Origin: an uncultured Nitrososphaerota archaeon
GTDB taxonomy: Archaea > Thermoproteota > Nitrososphaeria > Nitrososphaerales > Gagatemarchaeaceae
Direction of reading: 5' to 3'
Length of the DNA: 64,000 nt
Assembly: GCA_963718895.1 (NCBI GenBank)
Contig: CAVRAG010000008.1
Span: 160,001-224,000, forward strand
In this document: piece after piece, positions 1 to 8,287 of the stretch
Layout of the letters: each line of letters starts with the position of its first letter
Numbering within the stretch: the first letter of the stretch is position 1
Program-made: the position numbers and the translations under genes
Notes under the pieces: generated by a model
Told to the model about the DNA's origin: nothing
What the model saw: the letters and a program-made list of their open reading frames with translations, nothing else
Database searches by the model: none

Positions 1-1528
1 TCACGGGCATCTCGACCAAGACCGAGGCGATCACGGACCGATCCAGTCCCAGCTTCGAGGCCAGCCTCTCAAAGACAGGCGCCTCGCCAGAGTCGTAGAG
101 CTGGAGCGAGAGCTCAGGACTGAGTGAGTACCTCTCGGCGTAGAACTTGACCTTCTCCTCCCACGGCACGGGAATCAACTGGCGGAGCCGGTCCAGCTGG
201 GTACCGGTCACAAGTATCTCGGGTATGTCGGTCTCGGGATACATCCTCGCCGCACCTGGCCGAGGCCTCAGATACCTCGTCTCCCCGTCTTCGGTCGCGG
301 CCCGTGTCTCCTTGGGGACCCCCTTGAGGGCCGCCACCAGCCTCTCGACCACGAGTCCGGCGACGACCTCTGTCCGGTCCTCCGGGCCTGCGACGAGGAT
401 GAGTGCGGCCTTCCCGTCGGAGCGCGTGAGCCTCCGGAGTTCGGACTCCTCTCCCTCGGTGATCTTCTGCTTGCGGAACTCGTCTGAGTGGATTATCCCG
501 CCGAGCGAGTTGGTCCTCGCGATCTCGGCCAGTTCCTTTCCCAGCCTGATCCCGGGGAACGGCTCGAAGCCGACCAGCCCTGCGAGCCCGTCGACCGCGA
601 CGCAGACGACTCTTCCTCCTCCCTTGACGATCTTCGCGAGGACGCTCGAGGAAGGTGAACCGAAGACGGACGTCACGTCGCTCGTCCGAGAGGTTACGGA
701 GATGATGCCCCGCCCTCGCATCTCTTCCGCGACGCGAATCAGGCCCATCTGTCGCAGCCCTTCGTAGCGCACGACCTTGGCGATGAGGTTGAGTTTCTGC
801 ACGCCCTTCACCTCGACGACCTCCCCTCCCATGACGGAGACGTTGAGGTCCTGGCGGATGGTGCCCAGGCCGCGGGCGACGCGCCCAGTCGAACGAAGCG
901 CCCGGCCAAGCTGCAGCGCCGCGCTCTCCACGTCCTCGGGGTAGCCGACCATCGGGTCCAGAGCGATCTCCACGAGCGGCACGCCGAGCCTGTCCAGGGC
1001 GAACTGTCTAGACTCGGCATCCTCGCCGAGGATCCGCGAGGCGTCCTCCTCTACGGTGATGCTCTGCACGCCCACGGCTTTTCCGTCGAACGAGAGCCGC
1101 CCGCCCAGCGCTACGACCGACGTGCGCTGGAAGCCCGAGGTGTTCGACCCGTCGATGACCAGCTTCCTCATCACGTGGAGCTCCTCCACCACCTTCGCCT
1201 CGAGCATGAGCGAGATCAGGAGCGTCGTCTCAAGGGCATCCACGTTCATCCTGTGGGGCGGCTCCTCGTCGGCCTCCACGAGGCAGGAGGACTCGGGGTT
1301 CCACCGGTACCTGTTGGCCTTTCCCTTGTTGAACTCAAAGACGGCCGCTGGGTCTATCCGCCCGAGCTCGCTCTGGCTCGGCCGCAGCCTGCGCTCGAAC
1401 GAGAGCGGGAGCTCTTCTGACTTTATGGTCGGGCAAGAGCAGAAGAGCTTGGTACTCGTCCCAAGTTGCTGGTGTATCTCGATGCCGACCTTCATTCCGC
1501 ACGCCGAAGGGTCGAAGGGAAGGCTCAT
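1..1528 (-). CDS. gatE: Glu-tRNA(Gln) amidotransferase subunit E (3' end runs off the window)
   Basis: Manual translation from ATG at 1528 gives MSLPFDPSACGMKVGIEIHQQLGTSTKLFC, later RKLVIDGSNTSGFQRT and GTIRQDLNVS; start overlaps the gatD stop. Confidence 0.95.
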   Translation of the reverse strand, partial: MSLPFDPSACGMKVGIEIHQQLGTSTKLFCSCPTIKSEELPLSFERRLRPSQSELGRIDPAAVFEFNKGKANRYRWNPESSCLVEADEEPPHRMNVDALETTLLISLMLEAKVVEELHVMRKLVIDGSNTSGFQRTSVVALGGRLSFDGKAVGVQSITVEEDASRILGEDAESRQFALDRLGVPLVEIALDPMVGYPEDVESAALQLGRALRSTGRVARGLGTIRQDLNVSVMGGEVVEVKGVQKLNLIAKVVRYEGLRQMGLIRVAEEMRGRGIISVTSRTSDVTSVFGSPSSSVLAKIVKGGGRVVCVAVDGLAGLVGFEPFPGIRLGKELAEIARTNSLGGIIHSDEFRKQKITEGEESELRRLTRSDGKAALILVAGPEDRTEVVAGLVVERLVAALKGVPKETRAATEDGETRYLRPRPGAARMYPETDIPEILVTGTQLDRLRQLIPVPWEEKVKFYAERYSLSPELSLQLYDSGEAPVFERLASKLGLDRSVIASVLVEMPV

Positions 1529-2844
1529 GCCGGCCTGCTCGGGAGTGACCTCTCCGTGATCTCGCCCGCGAGGTTCGCCTGCATCATCCCCTTCCTCTCC
1601 TCCGCCGACCCGGCGTTCGCCAGGACCCACATCATCTTGGCCAGTGCCGTCTCTCCGAGCATGTCCTCGAGAGGGACGACGCCAGCGTCGAGCAGGTCTC
1701 TCCCGGTGTCGTAGACGTTCATGTCGACGCGCCCCCAGACGCACTGCGAGGTCATGCAGACGAGCCCGCCGGCCTCGGTGAATCCCTTGATCGCCGCCAC
1801 ATTCTTGGCGTTGATGTGCCCGAGACCTGTCCCCTCGACCACGAGACCCTTGATTCGGCTTCCCAGGATTGCCTCCAAGTACCCCGTTTGCATCGACGGA
1901 AAGAATTTGAGGAGTGCCGCACCCCCGTCGAACCCCGGCCTCGCCGTGAATGGGCCCGTGCCCCGCTTTGGCAGAGCCGGGGAGACAAGTTCAAGGCCCG
2001 ACCTGGACCAGTGCGCCACAGGCTGGACCCCAACGGACTGGAAGGCGTCCCTCGCGCTCGTGTGATTCTTCCGGACCCTCGTTCCCGAGTGGATCGCGAG
2101 CAACTCGTCGCTCGTATCGGCGTGCATCACGACGTACACCCCTGAGAACTCGGCTGAGACGGCCAAGGTCACGGCGCCTATCAGGTTCAGGTAGGCGTCC
2201 GACGAGGGGCGGTCCGATGAGCGCTGCGAACCGACCACGAAGACCGGTACAGGGACTCTCTGGAGAGCGAAGCTCAGAGCGGCGCTCGTGTACCCCATGA
2301 CGTCCGTGCCCGTGGTTATAACCACGCCCCGGGCGCCCCTGGCCACGCATTCGGAGACCTTTATCGCGATCCTCTCCCAGTGTTCGGGTTCCAGGTTCTC
2401 ACTGTAGACGCTCAGGACTATCTCCGGGGAGATCCTTGCTATGTCGGAGAGCTCCGGCATCAGGGAGTACAGGTCCTCAGCCGATATGGCGGCCCTCACA
2501 GCTCCGGTCCTGTAGTCGACCCGGCTGGCGATCGTCCCTCCAGTACCCAGAATCGAGACCAGGGGAAGGCTTCCGTCTGCCTTCGGCGGGCTTGAGGTGA
2601 ACGAGGGCCGCTCTCCTTCGGCAACCCTGCGGACTCCCGAGATCCTGGAGACGCCTATCCCGACGTTGTAACCGCTCTTCAGTTTGATCACGACGTGCAG
2701 ATCATCCTCGTTCTGATACCTTGGGACGAGCGTGCCCTTGACCGCTTCCCCGCCGATGTTCAGCTCGACGAGGTCGCCAATCTTGACCCCGGCCCCCTCC
2801 AAGAGCCTGAGGGCGGGGCCGCGATACCCAGTAAGATCGTCCAT
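1525..2844 (-). CDS. gatD: Glu-tRNA(Gln) amidotransferase subunit D
   Basis: KLKSGYNVG N-terminal domain, asparaginase motifs GTGGTIASRVDY and GSQRSSDRPSSD; likely start MDDLTGY at 2844. Confidence 0.95.
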   Translation of the reverse strand: MDDLTGYRGPALRLLEGAGVKIGDLVELNIGGEAVKGTLVPRYQNEDDLHVVIKLKSGYNVGIGVSRISGVRRVAEGERPSFTSSPPKADGSLPLVSILGTGGTIASRVDYRTGAVRAAISAEDLYSLMPELSDIARISPEIVLSVYSENLEPEHWERIAIKVSECVARGARGVVITTGTDVMGYTSAALSFALQRVPVPVFVVGSQRSSDRPSSDAYLNLIGAVTLAVSAEFSGVYVVMHADTSDELLAIHSGTRVRKNHTSARDAFQSVGVQPVAHWSRSGLELVSPALPKRGTGPFTARPGFDGGAALLKFFPSMQTGYLEAILGSRIKGLVVEGTGLGHINAKNVAAIKGFTEAGGLVCMTSQCVWGRVDMNVYDTGRDLLDAGVVPLEDMLGETALAKMMWVLANAGSAEERKGMMQANLAGEITERSLPSRPA

Positions 2845-2968
2845 GGAGATGGCGGTCTCCCCTCGTGGAGATAAAGCCTTGGCATCTTGGTCAGGACCCG
2901 CTGTCGTATGCACGGCAGAATAATGTGAGCAAAATAATTAATATAGCGAATAATGCATTTCGAATATT

Positions 2969-3826
2969 ATGAGTAAGACCCAAGGTTACGCCCACCCGGA
3001 GGTCCTCGTGGAAACGAGCTGGTTGTTCGAGCATCTAAGAGACAAGGGCGTGCGCGTCGCCGAGGTCGACTACGACCCGGCGGCCAACTACGCCGTGGGT
3101 CACATCCCCGGCGCGGTCCTCTTCGACTGGAAGAAAGACATCAACGACCCTCTCAGAAGAGATCTGCTGAGCAGGGAGCGGTTCGAGACGCTCCTCGGGG
3201 GGGCGGGGATCGGCAGGGACACCTGGGTCGTCCTGTACGGCGACTTCAACAACTGGTTCGCGACCTTTGCCTTCTGGGTCTTCAAGTACTACGGCGTGGA
3301 CAACGTTAGACTGCTCAACGGCGGGAGGAAGAAGTGGCTCCTCGAGGACAGGCCGGTGACCAAGGAAGTCCCGGCCTACCCCAAGACCAGCTTCAAGGCC
3401 TCCAACGCTAACCAGAGGCTGAGGGTCTACAGAGAGGACGTCCTCAAGGGGCTCGGCAAGAAGGACAGGGTCCTCGTGGACGTGAGGGGCCCGAAGGAGT
3501 TCAGCGGCGAAGTGCTCGCCCCTCCCGAGTACCCGACGGAGCACGCCCAGCGCGGAGGGCACATACCCGATGCCAGGAACATACCATGGGCACAGACGGT
3601 GAACGACGCGGACGGGACCTTCAAGACCAAGGAGGAGATAGCTGCCCTGTACGCGCAGAAGGGCGTCACGCGGGACAAGGAAGTCATCACCTACTGCAGG
3701 ATAGGAGAGAGGTCGTCACACAGCTGGTTCGTACTGACCTATCTGCTGGGGTACCCTCGCGTCAGGAACTACGACGGCTCCTGGACGGAATGGGGAAACT
3801 CAGTCGGGACGCCCATCGAGAGGTAA
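2969..3826 (+). CDS. Tandem-domain rhodanese / thiosulfate sulfurtransferase
   Basis: GHIPGA, YCRIGERSS active-site loop, C-terminal YDGSWTEWG; AT-rich TATA-like region about 25 nt upstream (leaderless). Confidence 0.93.
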   Translation: MSKTQGYAHPEVLVETSWLFEHLRDKGVRVAEVDYDPAANYAVGHIPGAVLFDWKKDINDPLRRDLLSRERFETLLGGAGIGRDTWVVLYGDFNNWFATFAFWVFKYYGVDNVRLLNGGRKKWLLEDRPVTKEVPAYPKTSFKASNANQRLRVYREDVLKGLGKKDRVLVDVRGPKEFSGEVLAPPEYPTEHAQRGGHIPDARNIPWAQTVNDADGTFKTKEEIAALYAQKGVTRDKEVITYCRIGERSSHSWFVLTYLLGYPRVRNYDGSWTEWGNSVGTPIER

Positions 3827-3865
3827 GGGTGCCGGGGTCCGGGGTTCCCTGCAGGCTCAGAGAGC

Positions 3866-4531
3866 TCAGCGACTCTTCTTGACGATGAAGTGGAAGAGGC
3901 GCCCTTCCTTGCGTGTCTCGACCAGTTCGTTGTGGGTGCGCTCGGTCCAGGCCGTGAGCTCGACCTCTGACGTGACGTCGTCGGACACGAGGTGAACGAC
4001 CGTGCCGACCTCGGACCGCGCGATCAGGTCGTCCAGCTTCACCAGGGTCCCGGCACACTCGGAGCCGATCTCGTACATCTCGATGTCGGGGAACTCGGCG
4101 AAGCACCTGACGCCGAGCTCCCCTATCTTGCGCTCCAGCACGGCCCTGGCTCCCGCGAAGCCGAGGAGGGCACCCGACTCCTCTCCCCATCTGAGCGGGG
4201 CGACTTTGACGAACCAGCCCCGCCCGTAGTGGTCGTGGTTGAGGAGCCTGGGATTCTCCTTGAGCGCGGAGTTGACCTCGACGATCCGGCCAGTCAGCGG
4301 CGCCTTCACCGTGTCGAAGTGGCGCGGACCTTCGACCCAGCCTAGGCTCGTCCCGCGAGCGACCATCGTCCCTGGCTCCTTGAACGAGACCGAGGTGAAG
4401 GGACCGCTGATCCACGCAAGGACCGCGTCGATCCCGACGGAGACTAGCCCTCCTTCTACCCTAGCCCAGACGTCCCTCTCCGGGTCGTAGAGCACGTCGT
4501 CGGCGAAGAGGCACCCACCGATCGCTCGCAC
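3866..4531 (-). CDS. GcvH/lipoyl-carrier-like domain fused to a C-terminal TusA/SirA-like domain
   Basis: H-protein-like APLTGRIVEVNSALKENPRLLNHDHYGRGW followed by TusA-like GSECAGTL...VHLVSDD...FHFIVKK. Confidence 0.75.
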   Translation of the reverse strand: MRAIGGCLFADDVLYDPERDVWARVEGGLVSVGIDAVLAWISGPFTSVSFKEPGTMVARGTSLGWVEGPRHFDTVKAPLTGRIVEVNSALKENPRLLNHDHYGRGWFVKVAPLRWGEESGALLGFAGARAVLERKIGELGVRCFAEFPDIEMYEIGSECAGTLVKLDDLIARSEVGTVVHLVSDDVTSEVELTAWTERTHNELVETRKEGRLFHFIVKKSR

Positions 4532-4556
4532 GCACGCACGCCGTGTTTTCCAGATT

Positions 4557-6161
4557 TTAACTCAGCGGCTTGGACACGTAGGGGCCGTAAGACTCGTACC
4601 CGAACCTCCTGTAGTAGTTCCTCGTCCCGACGGCGCTGGTGACCAGGAGGCGCCTAGCCCCGAACCTCTCGCGGGCGACCTTCTCCATCTCGGTCAATAG
4701 CGCCGCGCCTAGCCCCCTGTGCTGCCAGGCGTCCTCGTTCCTGGCCCCGACGGAGACGACCTTCCCGTAGACCTTGAGCTCCCGGACGACGCAGGAGTCC
4801 TTCATCTCCTTCCTGTGAGCCAGACCGGAGGGTGACCTCATCCGGATGAAGCCGGCGATCCGTCCGGACTCAGGGTTCTCGAATGAGGCGAAGACTTCGG
4901 TCCCGCCCGATGCGGCGTACTCCTGGGTGACCAGTTCGGGCTCGGAGGAACCCTGATCGAGGGGCGAGTCGAGCGCCACCTCCCGGCACCTGATGCACCC
5001 GCAGCTGTACCCCAGTTCCTTCATTCGACGGAGGACGAGCTCCCTCAGGTTCCCAGCGTCCGCCCCTCCGCGGATGTCCTTCTCCGGGATCTCGCGCATA
5101 ATCCTCATGATCCTGTGCCAGCGGGGGACGTGCCTCTTCATCTCAGCGAGAAGCTCGACCACCTCATCGAGGGTGTAGGGCCTGTACAGTCCGGCCTCGG
5201 CCCACCTCGCCAGGGCGGTCTCCCTGACGACGAGCGTCGGGTAGAGCTTCGTCATGTCTGGGCGGAACCGCTCGTCCTCGAAGAGAGCGCGCATGTCTTC
5301 CAGGTCGTACTGTGGGTTGGAACCGGGAAGACCGGGCATCATGTGGGCGCAGATCTTGAGGCCCGCGTCCCTCGCCACCTGGAAGGCTTCGACCGAGTCC
5401 TGGACATTGTGCCCGCGGTTGCTCTTCTCCAGCGGCCCGTCGTGGAGGCTCTGCACCCCGATCTCAAGCCTTGTGACGCCGTAGGAGAGCATCAGGTCGA
5501 TGTGCTCCGGCTTGCACCAGTCGGGCTTGGATTCTATCGTCAGCCCGACGCACCTGCTGGACGCGGCCTCGTTGATGCGCTGGGCCTCCTCCAGGGTTCC
5601 CGACCTGAAGCCGTTCAGCCCGTCGTAGACGCTCTTGACGAAGGGAAGCTGGTAGTCCGTGGGAAGGGCGATGAACGTGCCACCCTCGATTATCGCTTCG
5701 ACCTTTGAGGTTTCGTGCCCCTTCTCATAGTACTTCCTCAGCGAGCGCCTGGCCTGGAGGTACGGGTCGTAGTTCAGTCCTCGGGCTATCCTCTGACTAG
5801 GGCCGTCGGGCATGTAGCTCTGCGGCGTCCCGATGCGCGGGCCGCCCGGGCAGAAGACGCACGTGCCGTGGGGACAGCTGAACGGTGCCGAGAAGACCGT
5901 GACTATGATTATCCCCGAGGCGCTCCTCCTCGGGTGGATCCGAAGCAGCTCGCCCCACCTTCCCCTCTCCGATTCGGGGAGGGCAAGCAGGATCGCTGAG
6001 TTCGAGATGAAGGTTGAAAGGTGGTACTTTATCGCAGCGTCTCGCTTTGCTCGTTCCAGGCGGGGCCTCCCTTCAATCTGGCCCGCCACTATCAGTCCGG
6101 CGATTTCTTTGAGAGCGGCCTGCTCGGAGTCCGAGTACTCTCGCTCTAGGTACGCTGCCAA
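4557..6161 (-). CDS. elp3: Elp3 tRNA U34 carboxymethylase (radical SAM + GNAT)
   Basis: CPHGTCVFCPGG, ESKPD, CIRCREV, RELKVYG...WQHRGLG, SAVGTRNYY. Confidence 0.95.
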   Translation of the reverse strand: MAAYLEREYSDSEQAALKEIAGLIVAGQIEGRPRLERAKRDAAIKYHLSTFISNSAILLALPESERGRWGELLRIHPRRSASGIIIVTVFSAPFSCPHGTCVFCPGGPRIGTPQSYMPDGPSQRIARGLNYDPYLQARRSLRKYYEKGHETSKVEAIIEGGTFIALPTDYQLPFVKSVYDGLNGFRSGTLEEAQRINEAASSRCVGLTIESKPDWCKPEHIDLMLSYGVTRLEIGVQSLHDGPLEKSNRGHNVQDSVEAFQVARDAGLKICAHMMPGLPGSNPQYDLEDMRALFEDERFRPDMTKLYPTLVVRETALARWAEAGLYRPYTLDEVVELLAEMKRHVPRWHRIMRIMREIPEKDIRGGADAGNLRELVLRRMKELGYSCGCIRCREVALDSPLDQGSSEPELVTQEYAASGGTEVFASFENPESGRIAGFIRMRSPSGLAHRKEMKDSCVVRELKVYGKVVSVGARNEDAWQHRGLGAALLTEMEKVARERFGARRLLVTSAVGTRNYYRRFGYESYGPYVSKPLS

Positions 6162-6313
6162 TTCTGGCCTGGCTTTCGCTTCAGGGTGAATCTCTTGATG
6201 TAAGTCTTGCGGTTCCTAATCTTTGGAATAGCGCCCTTGCGCGGCTTTCCCTCGATTTTCGGCGTCTGGCCTCTAACCTTCCCTGCCTTGGTAAGACTTC
6301 CGTGGGTTGGCGT
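6146..6313 (-). CDS. rps30e: 30S ribosomal protein S30e (apparent ACG start; missing from the ORF track)
   Basis: Manual translation (M)PTHGSLTKAGKVRGQTPKIEGKPRKGAIPKIRNRKTYIKRFTLKRKPGQNWQRT*; 3' end overlaps the elp3 start. Confidence 0.92.
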   Translation of the reverse strand, partial: TPTHGSLTKAGKVRGQTPKIEGKPRKGAIPKIRNRKTYIKRFTLKRKPGQNWQRT

Positions 6314-6450
6314 TCTTCTTGCACCTGCTTGTTCACCGTGAAAGCGGGGTGTATATAGTCCTAACTCCTCTCGGACCTGGATCTCCTCTGAGTCTGGTCA
6401 TCATGGACCCATCCGTTCCGGTATCCGATCGCCGAAACGCGGGACGTGGG

Positions 6451-6810
6451 TCAGAAGCTGATGCAGAGATCCGCCTTCAGCATCATCTGGCCGAGCTCCT
6501 TTCGTGAGGCCACGGCGAACTCACCCGCGAGCTGGCTCCGGTCGATCCCCTCTTCGTTCAGCGACTCTTCCTCGACGTAGAACTTCTTGCCGTCCGCCGA
6601 AGGGAAGAAATCGAGAAACTTGACGGCGTAGGATCTGTCGACGCCCTTGAGCGCGCACCTTGCACCCTTGCCCAGGAAGGCTATCGTCACCCGGTGGTGG
6701 TCCTCGGCCCGGACCAGACCGCCCGCGACCCTGAGGCCCTCGACGAAGTAGGTGCTCCCCACGGGGGCCCTGAGGAACGAGACGAAGATGTTCTTAGCCA
6801 ATCTCAACAC
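6451..6810 (-). CDS. DsrF/TusC-like protein (DsrE family)
   Basis: FLRAPVGS..EGLRVA, C-terminal ADLCISF; third gene of a DsrE-H-F triad. Confidence 0.7.
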   Translation of the reverse strand: MLRLAKNIFVSFLRAPVGSTYFVEGLRVAGGLVRAEDHHRVTIAFLGKGARCALKGVDRSYAVKFLDFFPSADGKKFYVEEESLNEEGIDRSQLAGEFAVASRKELGQMMLKADLCISF

Positions 6811-6812
6811 CC

Positions 6813-7073
6813 CTAGAGGAAGCAGAGCACTCGCTCCTTCTCCATGAGCTCCACGAGCCGATCGTATCCTATCGACTCGACGCCCGCGGGAATCGAGCCT
6901 GTAAGACCCCTCCTCGTGACGTCATCCCTCACGACATAGATCTTACCCTGCATCCCGTCCTTGCAGGCCAGGTAGACCGCATCCTGGAGTAGGACGACGC
7001 GCGCCTCTGGATCGCTCGCTGCGTAAGCGAGGCCGACCGCCGCAAATGGCTCATCCATCAGGTAGATCGTCAA
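6813..7073 (-). CDS. DsrH/TusB-like sulfur relay protein
   Basis: VVLLQDAVY, YVVRDDVTRRGL, IGYDRLVEL; TTG start at 7073. Confidence 0.8.
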   Translation of the reverse strand: MTIYLMDEPFAAVGLAYAASDPEARVVLLQDAVYLACKDGMQGKIYVVRDDVTRRGLTGSIPAGVESIGYDRLVELMEKERVLCFL

Positions 7074-7086
7074 TGCCCATTCTCTC

Positions 7087-7446
7087 CTACAGGGTGAGCA
7101 GCCTGTCACATTGGCTAGCCATCGCAGCCACCGTGGGAACTCCCACGATCTTGACCCCTTCGTAGAAGTCTGCGCCTTCGCTCAGCCCTCTGTTGTAGCT
7201 GCACGTCTCACAGGCGTAGATGGTCGCGCCCTTGGCCACGAGCGCCTTGAAGTAGTCCATGGGCAGCTTCTCCATCATGGGGAAGACCTGCGTGCCGAGC
7301 GCGTTGTAGATGCCATCGAGGAAGAGGAAGAACGAGACCTTGTCGGTCCTGTCGATGGCCGCATCCGCGATGCGGCAAGCGGTCTCCCAACGCTGGGTCT
7401 GATAGGGCCCTCCCGTGAGGATGATGCCGAAGTTCGCCATGCTCAT
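7087..7446 (-). CDS. DsrE/TusD-like sulfur relay protein
   Basis: GGPY, FFLFLDGIYN, ACETCSYNRG (conserved Cys), CDRLLTL. Confidence 0.85.
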   Translation of the reverse strand: MSMANFGIILTGGPYQTQRWETACRIADAAIDRTDKVSFFLFLDGIYNALGTQVFPMMEKLPMDYFKALVAKGATIYACETCSYNRGLSEGADFYEGVKIVGVPTVAAMASQCDRLLTL

Positions 7447-7615
7447 AGTTCGGAATTCGATGAATAGTTAAGCATATCCCGTTACCTGGCGCACACCACG
7501 CACCCACCGGGCTGCCAGCGTTCTCCCTGACGCTGTCTCTTCGGCGCCCAGCGGCGTACGATTCCCCCCGTCCGCGCGGCCAAGACTTAATACCTCGACG
7601 GGCACACTTTTGTCC

Positions 7616-8287
7616 GTGCAATCATTCGGAACGAACATGGAAGACAAGAGCACGGAGCAGGGCTTCCAGTTCATTTTCAAGTGCGAGATATGCGGCGCCA
7701 GCTATGAGTCCGCGTTCGTGGCTTCGCAGGCGGCGCGGGAGAAGGCGATATTCAACGACGTTTCAAGGTTCGGAGGGATGTTCACCAACAAGGCCTCTCT
7801 CGCGAGTGCGCTCGGAGGACAAGCGTACCAGACCCCGGAGTGGAACAAGGAGCGCGGCGCGGCTCTCCAAAAAGCCACGGCCGAGGCGATGACGCATTTC
7901 CACCAGTGCCCCAAGTGTCACAAGTACGTCTGCGACAACGACTGGAGGAGCGACGTCTCGCTCTGCTCGATCGACGCAGCCGAGGTCAAACCCGCCGCGT
8001 CCCCCCAGAGTCAGTGGGCGGTGCCGGCGGTCTGCCCCAAGTGCGGCCAGCCGACCGGCGGCGGCAAGTTCTGCAACAACTGCGGAGCGCCCCTCGGACC
8101 GGTGAAGTGCGCTGCGTGCGGGGTCGAGAACGCCCCTGGGGCCAAGTTCTGCAGCGGATGCGGGGCCAAGCTCTGGCACGCGTCCCCGGAAATCCTTAAA
8201 GCGCATCCGGGGCGCTTCCCTCACGCGTGCAGCGTTCCGAGATACGGCGCGCCATCAAGGACCACAACCTCAGCATGCTCGGCGTGA
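7616..8287 (+). CDS. Multi zinc-ribbon (double zinc ribbon) protein; true stop probably near 8175
   Basis: Repeated CxxC units (CEICG, CPKC, CPKCG, FCNNCG, CAACG, FCSGCG); the tail after GAKL runs into the next gene. Confidence 0.75.
   Translation: MQSFGTNMEDKSTEQGFQFIFKCEICGASYESAFVASQAAREKAIFNDVSRFGGMFTNKASLASALGGQAYQTPEWNKERGAALQKATAEAMTHFHQCPKCHKYVCDNDWRSDVSLCSIDAAEVKPAASPQSQWAVPAVCPKCGQPTGGGKFCNNCGAPLGPVKCAACGVENAPGAKFCSGCGAKLWHASPEILKAHPGRFPHACSVPRYGAPSRTTTSACSA

Noticed and set aside
6370-6405. Possible box C/D sRNA (ATGATGA...CCGA on the minus strand)
   Set aside because: The C-to-D span is only about 34 nt, too short for two guide regions, and the D box is imperfect.
8172-8287. C-terminal extension of the zinc-ribbon protein overlapping the GS-like gene
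   Set aside because: TGG after CGAKL sits where a stop is expected and the extension runs through the next promoter; probably a lost stop or base error.
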